64,000 nt of DNA from Pseudovirgaria hyperparasitica (lineage: Eukaryota), in assembly GCA_010093815.1 (NCBI GenBank), contig ML996565.1; one strand, written 5' to 3'. Shown in pieces: positions 1 to 13,600 of this stretch. Made by a program: the position numbers and the translations under genes. Below the pieces are notes generated by a model. The model ran no database searches, was not told the origin of the DNA, and saw nothing but the letters and a program-made list of their open reading frames with translations. Position 1 is the stretch's first letter. Each line of letters begins with the position of its first letter.

Positions 1-3000
1 TGAGCAAGATAAGAGGCGAATTCCTCGGAATCTGTGTTTGCGTGATCTTTTGCGCGACGTGGGGGAGCTGTCGAGCAACGATGGTACTAATACTCTTGTC
101 CACGACGAACCGCAATAGTTTGGTCTCCAATAATGTCGTGTTCGCAGCGTGACGACCGGCGATTGAGGTTGATCCAGGCTTGACTTGCGCGTCAAAGTAA
201 CAACTAAACTAGGCTCGTTGCATATTTCCTCGGTCAGAATATCCTCTGCATCGCCCCCGAGGGACGACTCACTTGGAATTCTGCCACGCATATGGTACAA
301 TCCAATCGAGCCTCTCTCTCTCTCTCTCCTCATCGTCGTCGTCGTCGTCGTCGTTCCACAACACAACACAACACAAACATAAGCAAGACGAACCCATCCC
401 CAAAGCGGGGTCCTGCCTCAAAAATCACCCACCCACTCACCCCGTATTCTCCCCGACCTCTCCAGTCCCCCCCAATCCCCCATCGCCCACAGGCATGCAT
501 CCCCAATCCACCCAGCACCCACGATCCTCCGTCCAGGGCGCTGCCCGCGCGCTATTAATCCGCCAGTCAGAGCCGCACGCCGACATCCAGGTCGATGGAT
601 GCGATCGGCTTGGCGGCGTCTCGGGGAAGGGGGAAGGAGGGGGGCATGCGGTTATCTGATACGCGGGAGGGGACAGGTTGGTAGGATGGGAGAGGGACAC
701 TGAATTCAGGGACGTTTTTGATCTATGCTGGCTGCAAGGTACGGGATTCATTGGGCGTGTGCTGTATGTGTGTGTGTGCGTGTGCGTTTGTCTATGTATG
801 TATGAGTGGGGGTTGGGGGATGGGTCATGTTGGCCGGGGGGGGAGCGGACGGTGTGGGCAAAGCAAGAGGTTATGTGCAGCGATCGGACCGACCGTTTGA
901 CGCAGTGAATTGAAAGCTACAGGATGATTCGTATGAAGGTGTTCCAATGTCGGGAGTAGTAATATATTTTAGGATGGATTCTTGAGATCAACAGATTTCA
1001 CACCTGAGCTTTGGTACTATTATTGTACGGTGCATGGTTTGTTTGACATGATTGTATCGGGCTTAGCGCCTTCTAGGCGAGAAAGTTCACCCCCGTGATG
1101 CCAACCTGGACCCGGTATAAGAGAGATTTATAAGCTTTATGTCAAACGGCACTAAGGCCTAAACTAGCTAGCCTCACGCCAAGCCACACAATCGTAGACC
1201 TCCAGGTCTGGACGTCTGCAGCTCGTACGAAACAATCGACCGATATACATGAGAGGTTTTCGAACGGCTACAATCCTACGGGCGTTCTTTTCGCACACAA
1301 CAGCCAGAACCAGCGACGATAACGGCCGAGTGACATGCAAAGCAGTCTGATGGCACCGTCTCCATCATTAACCCCCCCAAAAAAAAGGTGGAGAAATCTT
1401 ATAATAAGCAAGAAAAAAATGAACTGATTCTCAGTGGGGCCTTCATTATCCATGTCTCGGGAAAGAGAAGAATAGGGCAAAGGGGCCTAGATGGGTAAAA
1501 GGCTTCTTTTCAAGGCTAGCCATAGAGTGGATGCTCTTAGAACTCTTAATTCGTAGCGCTAATTATTAAGAATGGATACACGTAGAAATCTTCTCTGGCC
1601 CCAGTCCCGCCCGATTACTCGGAGATCTCCCGGAGCAGGGCGTGGAATGGTACGCTTAGTGGAGTAGAATAATGGGGTATCGATGGCGTCTAAAGGCTAG
1701 CTCATTTTTAGTTGAGTTGCTATCGCTCAGTAGTCATTGAGAGATGATTGTTTTGATAGATTGTCGTCGTATATTTCGGTCGGAGTCGTCGTTAGTAGCG
1801 TTGCTGGTTCCCTGTGCTTTTACTTTAGTGCAATGCGGGAGAACGATCGTGGAAGGCACGTCGAAGCCTGCGACGTCGACAGGGCCAGAGCGCCCGACTA
1901 GGAGGGAGCATCCAAATTGACCTCCTCTTTCTTTTTCACCCGAATCGCGGTCCAGATAATACCTTTCGACCAGGGCAAACGTCAAGCATCGGGTCACTGA
2001 TCTGCACCTGGGAATCTCTTAGCTCGTAGATAGATGATAGGACAGCCACCTGTTTTCCCGCTCTCGTCAACCCGGTTTCGGGCATTTCGGCGCGCTTGCC
2101 CGCCATCACTGCTACACCCCATGAACTGCCATGGGTTCGTTGCATCAGCCGCCAGGCTGATAGTCTGAAAGTCTGTATATGTGTGAAGTGCGCAGTCTGG
2201 TGTCAAGACTGTTGCCCATGCCTCAAGGATCCGCAACAATGCAGAGTTTCGTGGAGCTTCAATTCTCCGCTGCAGGAGACACAGCGTTCCTCTGTACGAT
2301 GACCTGGAGCAAACACACCCAAGGAGACCAAACTGACAGTCGCACTACTTGGCTTGTCAGGCATGATTATTGACCGGTCCAGGAGACTGTAAAGGATTGA
2401 GACGCGGCGGCGTCTCGACTTTCAAGACATCTCCCCACTTTCTGATACGTCAACTGGTTGGTAATAGTACCTACTGAACACGAGATGTCGTGATTGTGGC
2501 TTGGTAAAACGAGTCCGTTGTGACTACTGTCCCTTGTACATAAAGTCACGGCATATCCAACAGTACATATCCAGATCGCACAAGATGTGGACAGTCGTGA
2601 CTCTCTTGTCTGGAGTCAGCCGCACGAGATGAGCAGACAACTTGACGATTGAAGCAAGCGGCAGGTGGCAGGGGGCCAGCAACATGCATACATAGCAATT
2701 GTAGCACAAAGTTCGACGGACAAAAGCAAACAAACCCCTGAGAGACCGTCAGACAGACCTTTGCTCCGGGATTGTGAGGATAGTTGCAGAGCAAAGAGAG
2801 TTAGTATGAGGAGGCGTGCGTGCAGTGTGTGGTCGTTAAGGTACCCCAGGATCGTCAGCGTGGCTTGTGGACTCCCAAAGGGTAATAAGGAGACCCCCCC
2901 GGACCCCCCGACCCCCCACACCGAAGCCCATTCTCAGCCAGTGACAGCGGTTGTGCAGGCGACCTCAGCCACTGCACAATTGCGATCCCGATGCGGTGGT

Positions 3001-4744
3001 GATTGGCTGCTTTGTGAACGCCTGGCCTGTCCTGCTGGCATGCATGTGCAAATTCCCCAAAAGCATTGCCCCAGACTCCCTGCGCTGCACCTGCACCGCC
3101 TGTATCACCACCAGCAAAATAAACGAAGCCATCTCCGTGACAGATTCCATTTCCAGGCCGAATGACAATCTGCGGGGAAATCAGTGGCGCTGCACCCATC
3201 CACCATCCACCAGACACGGAGAGATAGGCGGACTCTCGAGCTCTTGACGGACCTTGGCTGTGCATGAACGAAATGAGGAGCGATCATCCTAGGGTTTGAA
3301 GGAATGACTGTCTTTGATATTTCTCCGCACAATCATGAATGACAGGATCCCCGCCTCACAAGCAGGCTTAGTGATGACCGTTGAAACAGTTGCCATGTAA
3401 GCGAAGAAGGGAGGGTCAGAATGGCCCAGTGAGATGGACATGGATCGAACAAGGTACGTTTGTAACTGCACCCAGCTGGGGCCTTGGTAACAGATGAGAG
3501 AGATGGGAAGTTGGACGAGACAAAAAGACGTGTGCATTAATTGCCCTTGGAAGACTTGGAACAAGTGATGGATTTCGCTGGAACACAGGAACGATCACGC
3601 TGGAACCCCGGATTCGCAAGCTGCATACCCTCCTCCCCCCTGGCCATTAGATTGAATGCTATAATCCCTTATCTCTCCCTTGAACGGGTACTCGTGTGTG
3701 TGGTGCTGCCTATCTATGAGGCAACAAACACCTGACTGCCCTGCCATCATCCGTCGACAGGCTGGGCCCATCCATCTGACCAGCGATTCAGGACGATGAC
3801 AGAAAATTTGTGAGACAAATCAATACTTTGCACAAGCTCTTGTGGTCACCTCCCGACGACTTGCAGGCCTCATTCATTTACTCACGGCACGTTCCTGACG
3901 AGGCTCATCTCCTCTTGCTCCAGTTATCTAGCATTCTTCGGTAAAGGACGACTTAGACTTGCCGAGGGCGGATTACGCCCGACGTATCTGCGATCTCTCT
4001 CGGTCATGCCGTTGGTAGCTTACAGGTAAAACTCCACAAAACTATCCGTCCTTTTGATTTTGTGGACCGTGTAGACTTGCACACACTTGTCATTGTAGGT
4101 AGGTAGCAGTTGCAGCGAACGATGATAGATGGCGAATTCATTCGCTCATACTGCACAATGGAGATAGAGCACGTGGGCCAGAAGTCGCAGCATCACAAGT
4201 GTACCGTGGTAGCAATTCTGGGTAGTCTGTCCATCTATGCGCAGTGACAAGTGACTTTCACCATCTCTACGCGTTCCTGGACCAAATCCGGCCATTTCCA
4301 CGAGTCGAACGCATATCCACTGTGCCAAGAATGCTCCGGAGTGTATAGGGACATAGGGACGCTACGCTACGACAAGCGAAGAGAAGCAAAAGAGTATTAT
4401 TGAGCATTGTAGGCGAACAGAGTGCCTTGCTTCACCCCTACAGACGGATCTGTGGCATAACATTCGCATCGACAAGCCGACCAAGGAAGGACCTTGCCCG
4501 GGTGCTTTTTGTGGACAGACAGCCTCATCGGCCTCACCTCATCCCCAGAGCAGGGCACGTCAGCGTCAGCGTTACGCCGTGAAACAGCTGGAGATCCTGT
4601 TCCCCGGACCCCATCTTTGGCCCTACCGCACGCCTCGCATCGCGGTCACAATCATCCCTGATACGCTCAACCAGTGTGACGCTGACGACGACGGGAGATA
4701 TTCCTGTTCGTCAGCTCAAGTTGGTCACCGGTAGCCGTCTCAGC

Positions 4745-4770
4745 TGTGTGTGTGTGTGTGTGTGTGTGTG
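4745..4770. repeat. (TG)13 microsatellite
   Basis: Direct reading of the sequence. Confidence 0.95.
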
Positions 4771-5252
4771 CTGGAGCTGGTGCAGCAAGCGGACGATATC
4801 GCAGTGAGAGGAGAGCATATTGTTTTTTTTTTCTTTCTTCAACTTGTTGGTGGGGTCACAGCGCAAGGACAGGCACGCCACTGGACGGCAGATTCCCCAC
4901 GTTCCTGCGCTGCGTCAGCCAACAAACCAGCAGCAGCCTGAGAGCCCTTCACCACCATCATCCTTTCTCTCCCTCCCAATCTCTCTTACTCTCTCCACAC
5001 CGATCCATCCAGCTAGTCTTTCAGTCCAGGATCCGACATCTGAACGGGCGCGACCAAGGCTCAAAAGGTTTAGACCGTGAAAGAAAAGAAGAAAAGAAAT
5101 AAGAGAGAGAGAGAGCGAAGAACAGAGCAACAGTCAGAAGAAGCCAGCGAGTCGTGAGGAGGGAGGCAGCCACTCCTGCCCGCCCACTCAGCCCACGCTG
5201 CTACTTTTGTGCCCACGCTGCCAATCTGCCACTCTGCCGCTGCCACCATCGC

Positions 5253-5287
5253 CGTCCAGCGTCCAGCGTCCAGCGTCCAGCGTCCAG
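5253..5287 (+). repeat. (CGTCCAG)5 perfect heptamer tandem repeat upstream of creA
   Basis: Five exact copies read directly. Confidence 0.9.
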
Positions 5288-5547
5288 CCCTCTCTCCTCC
5301 CCCCCTCCCCCCTGCAGTCCGCCGACCTTCTCTCCATCCCTCTATCCATTCATTCATTCCTTCCACTCACCACATACCCCCCTCCCCCCCCCTCTCACAA
5401 CCATCATCATCATCACAATCAACCCCGGCCGATAAAGCCTCCACGTCTGGCAGAGCTGGCCTGCACCATCCTACACCCCAACAACCCAACACCCTAACAC
5501 CCTAACACCCTACTTTTTCGCACCCTACGCCCGCCCAGCTGCAACAC

Positions 5548-5670
5548 CCCCAGCGCCCCAAGCCCCCCAAGCCCGCAAAGCACCCCCCTCCCCCCCCCAA
5601 AAAAAAGGTCCCCAGGCCCCCAGGCTCTCTTTCCCACGCGCCCTCCGGTCCTCCCACACTTCTTCTCCGG
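5548..5670 (-). promoter_or_regulatory. Cluster of five CreA consensus sites (SYGGRG) upstream of creA, putative autoregulation
   Basis: CCCCAG at 5548, 5610, 5618 and CTCCGG at 5643, 5665 are reverse complements of SYGGRG, about 100-220 nt before the creA ATG. The region is very C-rich, so some may be chance matches. Confidence 0.5.
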
Positions 5671-5768
5671 CTTTCACTCGTCTCTACTTAATCCGTCAAC
5701 CCGCCCCCGATCTATCTTCTTACACCTCTTTGGTGCTCTCAGAGTCCACACGTCACAAAAAGATTCAC

Positions 5769-7091
5769 ATGCAACACTCAACGTCTGCCGCCCCCTTCGG
5801 CAATCTCCTCCACCACCACTCAGATCCTCATACCCGCGATCCTACTACTTCTACCTCTCACCACCCGTCGCACCCTTCGTCTGATCATCAATCTCCACTT
5901 CCATCCAACAATCAGAACATGGCCACGGCCACTGTGAGTCTCATGGCTCCCATGCTTCAGGCTGCTCAGAACACCCAAGACGACAACCGTCAGGACCTTC
6001 CTCGACCATACAAATGCCCGCTGTGCGATAAGGCCTTCCACCGCCTAGAACACCAAACCAGACACATTCGCACTCATACTGGGGAGAAGCCACATGCATG
6101 CCAGTTTCCCGGATGCACCAAGCGCTTCAGCAGGTCGGACGAACTTACCCGTCACTCGAGAATTCACAACAATCCGAACTCCAGAAGAGGCAATAAGCAA
6201 CACCAGGCTGCCCAGGCAGCAGCAGCAGCAGCAGCCGCCAATACTGGGATCATGGATAATGGCTTTGGTAGTCAGGCACACATGATGCCACCGCCCAAAT
6301 CGATTTCACGTTCGGCACCGAACTCGAACTTGGCATCGCCCAACGTCTCCCCACCGCACTCGTTCCAAAGTTATACCTCGATGCCAGCCGGTCTGGCCGG
6401 ACTATCACAATTCAGACAGGCTGGTGCCAGCAGTCACATCAACATACTGGCGGATGCCGCCTCCAGAGTCGAGCGTGAGAACTACCAACATGGCCCTCAG
6501 CCAAACCGACACCTCAACACCCATCCACATCAATATCATCCTTATGGTGGCTCGTCCCATAGCAGCAGTCCTCGTCTGCCTGGTCTGCAAGCATATGCCT
6601 ACTCATCACACTCTCAGCCCATGTCTCGTTCTCATTCGCATGAAGACGACGATCCATATGCCCACCGAATGACCAAGAAGTCGAGGCCTGGTTCTCCTCT
6701 CTCCACCGCACCTCCATCTCCAACCTTCTCTCACGATTCCTACTCGCCTACGCCAGACCATACGCCTCTTGCAACACCAGCGCACTCACCTCGCATTCGA
6801 CCTTACCAGATGCATGATGTACAATTACCCCATCTCCGCAAGCTTACACTCCATAACCACACCCCAGCACTCGCACCTATGGAGCCGTCTACGCACACGG
6901 AGCAGCCATACGTCCCTGTGCAAAGCTCTGGACTTCGCATCAACGACATCATCTCGAGAAGTGACGGAGCGCAACGAAAGCTGCCCGTACCGCAAATGCC
7001 TAAAGTGGCTATTCACGACATCCTGAATGGGCCTAGCGTCGCTTCTGGCAACTCTTCTACTACTGGCTCAATGGCCGGTAACGACCTCTAG
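5769..7091 (+). CDS. creA: Carbon catabolite repressor CreA/Cre1 (two C2H2 zinc fingers)
   Basis: Intronless ORF with [55 protein letters not shown], poly-Ala, the SHEDDD acidic region, [25 protein letters not shown] and the C-terminal RKLPVP. First ATG at 5769 (alternative 5919). Confidence 0.97.
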   Translation: MQHSTSAAPFGNLLHHHSDPHTRDPTTSTSHHPSHPSSDHQSPLPSNNQNMATATVSLMAPMLQAAQNTQDDNRQDLPRPYKCPLCDKAFHRLEHQTRHIRTHTGEKPHACQFPGCTKRFSRSDELTRHSRIHNNPNSRRGNKQHQAAQAAAAAAAANTGIMDNGFGSQAHMMPPPKSISRSAPNSNLASPNVSPPHSFQSYTSMPAGLAGLSQFRQAGASSHINILADAASRVERENYQHGPQPNRHLNTHPHQYHPYGGSSHSSSPRLPGLQAYAYSSHSQPMSRSHSHEDDDPYAHRMTKKSRPGSPLSTAPPSPTFSHDSYSPTPDHTPLATPAHSPRIRPYQMHDVQLPHLRKLTLHNHTPALAPMEPSTHTEQPYVPVQSSGLRINDIISRSDGAQRKLPVPQMPKVAIHDILNGPSVASGNSSTTGSMAGNDL

Positions 7092-7575
7092 GATCGCTAT
7101 TAAAGAGGTCCTCTCCAGTAACGATTCTCTTGACTACGAAACGGCCGCCCTTGGGACTCAATATAGACGGAGCGCATAACCCCATAAATCAGTTTAATCA
7201 CCAACTCGACCCTTGTATCACTCACCCCTCTCATGATCCTTTTTTTCCACTCAACCCCATAGATCTGCTGTTGTTGCTATTTTCACTTTTCCATACCCAT
7301 CCCCGCTTTTTACCCTGGGTCGCGTATGAACGCAGAGCCTAGTCTTGTTAAGTTCTCGGCAGAGTTTCGGCGCACATTCGGGCGCAGCACACAAGCATAT
7401 GTCACGCTGCAGATACTGGGATGGCTAGCATTGAATGTTTCAGGACAAATACGCAAGTGGCAATGGCGTTCGCGATAGACATTGGTATCGAGGTATGGCG
7501 TTATCAAACAGTTGCAATTCCGCGAGCAAGCAAGCACAGTCTAGCACTAGCAACCCTATAATTTACAAAGCACAT

Positions 7576-7576
<1 letters not shown>

Positions 7577-7617
<41 letters not shown>
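7577..7617. repeat. (CA)~20 microsatellite
   Basis: Direct reading. Confidence 0.95.
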
Positions 7618-7619
<2 letters not shown>

Positions 7620-10600
7620 CTCAACGGCCACTATCCAAAACTTGTGATACGAGCTAGTCGGTAGATCAGTGATGAAACAAAGTTTGGATGTGATCTTCAT
7701 CCCGTGACGGAACCCCGTCTCCGAACACGTTACCAATCCGCAGTGAAATAGTCAAAAGAGCCGTCGTTTCGCTACGTTTCCCTTGGCTAGCACCCGTTAG
7801 CCACAACCGTTACCGTTGAAAATGATGGACGGCAGAGAGACAGACGCGGAACGGCCTCGGCGTCGCCGTTTTTTTCTTTGGTTTCTAGACGAACTTTGGA
7901 CAACCCGTTTCTTTGGTTCGCTTTCGAGCATGTGCGTATCGTATGTATGTGTGTGTGTGTGTGCGCGTGAAGTATTGTCATGTGCATGGTGGTCTCGGGT
8001 AGGTAGGTAGGTATATCGTGGCATTGCAGGCGTATATAACGGCATGACACCGTATTCACACAGTACGTACAAACCTTGACGTGTTTCATAGTTTCGTATC
8101 TTCTTCATACTGTGCAGTACGCTACGCTACATTTCAATCCTGTATGCGCTCATAGCGTGTTGCTATGCTATGGGATGGGATGGCTTGCTATGGTCTACCA
8201 TGTATACGCAGCACGGAGTACACAATCCCCAATCCCCAATCCCACTCCTCTTCCTTCTCCGCCCTCCCATCCCATCCCATCCATCCTATCCCGCAGGATT
8301 GGGGAAAAGGGGTAGTGAACTACCCAAACCAAAGCCCGGGGTAATAATCACGTACAGTATGTACAGTACCAACCAAACCTCTCCAACCAGGCAAACTGCA
8401 AGGAAGGTTATCCATTACCCTTTTCCTTCCCCGGATTTGGCGTTTTTCCCTTTTCTTTTTTTTCTCCTGTTGATTATTGTTGCAGAATTACGGAGTTGCT
8501 CGGGTTGTGTGCGTGCGTTGCGTGTGCGTGTGCCGGACGGGGTTTGGGTGTTTTAGGGAGGGGGTCGGGGGGAGATTTATTTTAGTGGGGGATGGGGGAA
8601 TTGGGGGGATTGGGGTTAATAGTGCATGTGCTTTTGGGGTATGGCAGGCACTGGGCAGGGAGGGAGGGAGGGAGGGAGATGGATAGGACGGGTTGTGCTT
8701 GTTGCGTGTTATAATAGTATGTGTTTTGTTGATGCTTGTATGTCTGTTTATGTATACTTGTATGTATGTATGTCATACGTATAACAACATAATGAGAGCA
8801 GAGAAAGAGCCAAAAAAAAGAATGTATTTTTATTCTTATCCCTCCATTATTGCATTGCATTGCATTGCATTTTGGGGGAAGGCATAGATTGTGCTCAGCA
8901 TGTGATGAATTGGCGCGCACTGATGTCTTAGCCAGGGGTAGCTAGGTACCTACCCTAAGTACTTATGCTGCTATATGAGACGTCACTGGACCCTGTGTGT
9001 GGTTGGCATGTGCTGCCTACTTACCTCCACCTACATACCTACCTACCTATAGTACACACCCCTGCTTGCTTTTCCCTATCTGTCCTCAAGGTTTGCAGGG
9101 TACAGGCAAAGACTTTCCTTTCTTGAACAACGATTTGAATCCCTGGCAAACGCATTAAATTCCCCCCTATTTTTACATGGCTGGTGATTATGTTTCTGTA
9201 GGTGTGGTGGGTTTTTGATCTTTTGCGTGGAGGTGGAGAGGCCGTCGTCCCCCAATCCATGTATATGTCCTGCCTTCGTCTTGCTCATCTGCTCTGCTCA
9301 TGCTTGTCTGGTCTTTTTTCTGGGGGGGTGGGTGGGTACATGAGTCACGGATGACGAAAGAGACTGACTGTCAATTTGTGTGTTCGGCCTCCTTCAGTTC
9401 TCCGAAGACTTGGTTTGACTCATATTGCTCACCGGTACGAGGCAGACACGACACCACACCACACCGCACTGCACTGCACTGCGCTGCTTTCGTACGTACA
9501 TGATGAGATTGGGCAAAGACAAAAGCAGGCAGCATGCCAAGCCTGGGTGGAGGCGAACATTGCTCAAATGCGATACATATCCTCGCCTCGTCTCGTCTCA
9601 TCTCGTCTGGTTGCGTCGTGGCTCGTCTCGCACAGACCCCCCGCCTCCAAATACACCAGTAGAAAAATAATGGTGCCTCAACAAACAAACAAAAACCAAG
9701 GTGTGTGTCTGTGTCAAATAGTCAAGACTACGTATTCTCGCATGCCGATCCCCAGAGCTAGCCACTAGCTGCGGAGAATCTCGTTGAATGGCGAGATGCG
9801 GCGGTAGATCTGGTGCGAAGTTTGGTTTAGTCAACTGCATGCAAATGCATCTGGAAGCGAGGCCTCGCATCCGCGCCTGTCGTGTTACGACGCGTCAACG
9901 GGCATCCTCAAGGGTGGAAGAGAGGGAGGGGGCTAAGACACCCAGATGTAGGGCGTGCGAATGATCAGCGTGGAAAGAGAAAGGTGGTGTGGAATGCGGA
10001 GTGTGGAATGTGGAGTATGGACAATGGAATGTGGGATTGTGCTCTGCCATCAGAGGGACTTTCGTGTAGGACATCACGGTGGTGGTGGTATATTTGTCGT
10101 GGCGGTTATGACACCATTTTCAATGCGGTGCCCAGGGATAGAGCTTGCTTATCAGTCGATCGTGTACGTGTTGTAGGCCTACCTTCCCAACTCCATAACA
10201 CAATGCAAACGCATTACGTTGTGGTGGTGGTTGCGCGATTAGCTGCAAGGATGCAGTGCAGAGTGTTTCGTTGTCGCAATCCTCTCCAGATTTCGCGACA
10301 GCGAATCTCAACAATGCGGAGTAGGTCCCGCTCCGATGAACCGCCGGACTTGTTCCAGAATTGCAGTCGTCTGCGGCAAAGCATCTAGGTGGTAAAACAG
10401 CTGGAGCCGCCCGTTGAGCTGGGCCAAATAGGATTCCCCTGTGAACGCCTCGCTATAAGCCGATAAGCCGGGTATTGGCGAGGCATTGGCGAGGTGTTGG
10501 CGAGGCATTTGCGAGATAAAGATGACCTCGGGAGCTGGATATATCATAGGCACAGTCCTTCTGACTCTCCTCTCAGGCTCACACAGGTCGAAGCCGAGCT

Positions 10601-13600
10601 CGTGCCGACAGATAAGGATAATCTTAGACTTTTCGGTTCGCAACGGCCGAGAGAGGGACGGGAACGGCCTCTTTTCTTGGCTCCGTTGCGGAGAGGATCG
10701 GGTTGCATTCTCACACTAATTAAAACGCATACGTATATCCAAAGGCCAAGGCTGCTAAGAATGGTTGGCTGGTTTCTGTTGAGATACTTTTGATTCCGAA
10801 GAATGGGCCGCCAGTCTCTGGTGCTGTGCTAGGTAGTAGGGGCTATAAGGGGTATGGTTGGGGTAGGGTCTGATATACGAATGTATGTGACCGTACAGTA
10901 CGATATTACCGTGCTCATCGTGCAGTTGAACCCATCTGCCAGTTATACTGCTCTGGGACCTGTCCGCATATGCAGTGCATCGCCGAGAGCTCAGCGGTCG
11001 CAGAAGAAAAATGTTTTCGTTCACCGCTACTTCTCTCAGACTTTGACCCTGGAAGAATCGTCATACAAGTCTGTGGCTGGCTGACTATAGCCCACAACAA
11101 CAGGGAAGAAAGATGTGGGTGGATAGGACAGGGTTAACGATCTACGCTACGATCAGCCTAGCAAGCAAGGAGGTCAATACCGCGCTTACCGCTACGGCTA
11201 GCTTGTATTGTATTGCGTGCTGCCAAATTTTCAGATGTGCCACCTATTGTCGTGAACACCATGATGATGCTGTATGCAAGCCTACTTGCCATCTCGTCAA
11301 GCACATCTCTTTTGCTTCGACGAGCCCTGGAATCGGCTGAAGATTGTATTATTGATTTTTGTGGCGTCGTGCTGTGGAGTTGTTAGTTGTGCCGAATGCA
11401 CCTCAACCCTGGCCTGGTGCTGGAATAACACTGGGACCAACACAGAGTCAGTGTTTCGAACATTCCACGGGTGGATATTCTCCATTGTTTGAGACTAGCT
11501 TTTGAGAGCCTTGTGAACAGCAAAAAGTTCGCAAAGCCCCACACCCCAAGATACAGAGCCCGTGACGAGGAATAATTCAGCAATAGTGCAATCTGGCAAT
11601 ACTTGACGTCACCTCCAGAAAGCGGTCTCTTGCAGGTGCGCAGACAACAGCATAATGGCGCAGCGCTTATATGCGAACTTCCACGCGATTGATGGTGAAT
11701 GATGACAAACGCCAATAATGGCTTCAGGATGCATGGAAACACGAGGTTCTAGATGTTTTCAAAGGATTGATGACATGAGGCGGAGATGATAGGAGATCAC
11801 TGGCGGGGTAGTCCTATCACGCTATGAGGATGCACTTTCCGCATCCAGCACTGTGCCATTCCTCTTCGAGAGACTCGTGGACGAGTCTGACTCTGCACGC
11901 CATTCAATCTGGGGTACATATGTACATACCCGAGGGCCTTCGGGAACCGGGCAAGGGAAGTGGAAACGGAATTGGGAGTCGGGACTGGGCGTAGACTTAG
12001 CGATGGTGAGGGCAGGGCGTTGAACTCACGGTACAAACTAGCATTCACAGTCATTAATCGAAAGAAGCCTTGAGACCATAAGGTTGATGAGATAAAAACA
12101 GGTACCCACGCGCCACAATGCGCAGCGCACATTGGACGCCCTATTTTAGGCCTAGGGAACAACTACACGAACGCAGTCTGAATGCTGAATGGGCTGGCCC
12201 GATAGCGGACAAACGGATCCTTCGACAAACGACATAACCTGATGCCAATGAATGCTTCACGACAATGTCATTAACCAAGACGATCTGTTTCAGGATAGAT
12301 ACCTTGTCGCCCCATAGAAAAACATTGACACCAGAGTCAACACCATGGATCGACAAAGACGTACCGAATCGGTGAGAGACTTTGTCTTATCGCTGCCATC
12401 ACCGCCCAGCAATATACACTAAGACTGGTCCGGGTCGCATGTAGCTCTGTGACTGGCCACAGATTGCATGTCATCTGGGGCCCGCCGTTGCTCCTTTTTC
12501 GGATTTGCCTAATGAGTGCAGCCGGCACAGTCACAGGCAGACACACTCCTCAGCAAGTCGGACCGCATGACGAAGGGGGTATTGTGTGATGATTGAAGTA
12601 TTTGAGTAGAATGGCCTGATAGCGGTACCATGGCATGATAGGCATATCTCGGATCCCACACATATGCACTGTATAGCAGCATTAGCTTATCGTGGAGAGC
12701 AGATGCGAGAGCGACACTAACCTCGTGTTACGGATGCGGAGACCCCGGACTGTCTTGCTCCAGACTCAGCTAAGTTAGCTGCCTTGCATAGTGTGCCTTG
12801 GGCGTGATGGGGGAAATCTGGGGGGAGGGGGGTATCTAAGGGGGCCCCCACTCCATCACCATCTTGGCTGCATCGTCTTATGCTTGTTACCGCCAGCTAT
12901 TGGGGCTGATCTTATGCACTCCGAACCACCCATTCGACGCCACCACCAATTGTCCATAGCTCCAACAATACATTCACCTGAGCACCTCCTGCACCTTCTT
13001 CATCACTGGTCCATTCTGGCAAGCCTGCCACGTTGACTTATTCTTTGCTGCTGCTACCTTGCCCGGGATTCGGCCCTTGTGTGTTCTAGGTTTCATTACT
13101 TCATTCCGGTTTGCTCACATAAGGTAATTGCTAATTTGGGAAAAATCGTAGCCTTGCCCGCGTAGTCCATTCATTATTATGACTGCAAAGCTGGACTATC
13201 AACTCAGCTCATCCGAAGTACATCATGCACCTCAACGGAAAGCTCTCAGCTTTGCGCACAGCACACCCTTCGTTCTGTGTGATAGCTCATACGTCCTTTC
13301 GTACTGATCGGTGTCTTGGATCCTGAAACCTAGCCAATACCGCGCTTCGCTTGGGTCTATCTATAGAACTCTGCATCATACTGCTTTAAGGCCGATGACC
13401 ACATCTCCAATTCGCACTGGGTGCATAGCGAGGACGCGGGCACCAGGGTCCCTGGGGCTTAGGCATATATCACCCTGTCCAGTCGACAATATTTCCCAGA
13501 CCTTGCGGAAACGCAACGACTATCGAATATTGAGATAGCCTTCTGCTTCCGAGAGTCAATCGTCTGATACGCTCGAATCTCGTGCGAGTATAACCGCACT

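Noticed and set aside
185..908. Overlapping short ORFs, including the Cys/Trp-containing 437-751 minus ORF
   Set aside because: Largely driven by microsatellites and C/G skew, with no recognisable domain or signal peptide.
5489..5512. CCCTAA-containing repeats resembling telomeric DNA
   Set aside because: The unit is the 8-mer ACCCTAAC in only 2-3 copies within low-complexity promoter sequence.
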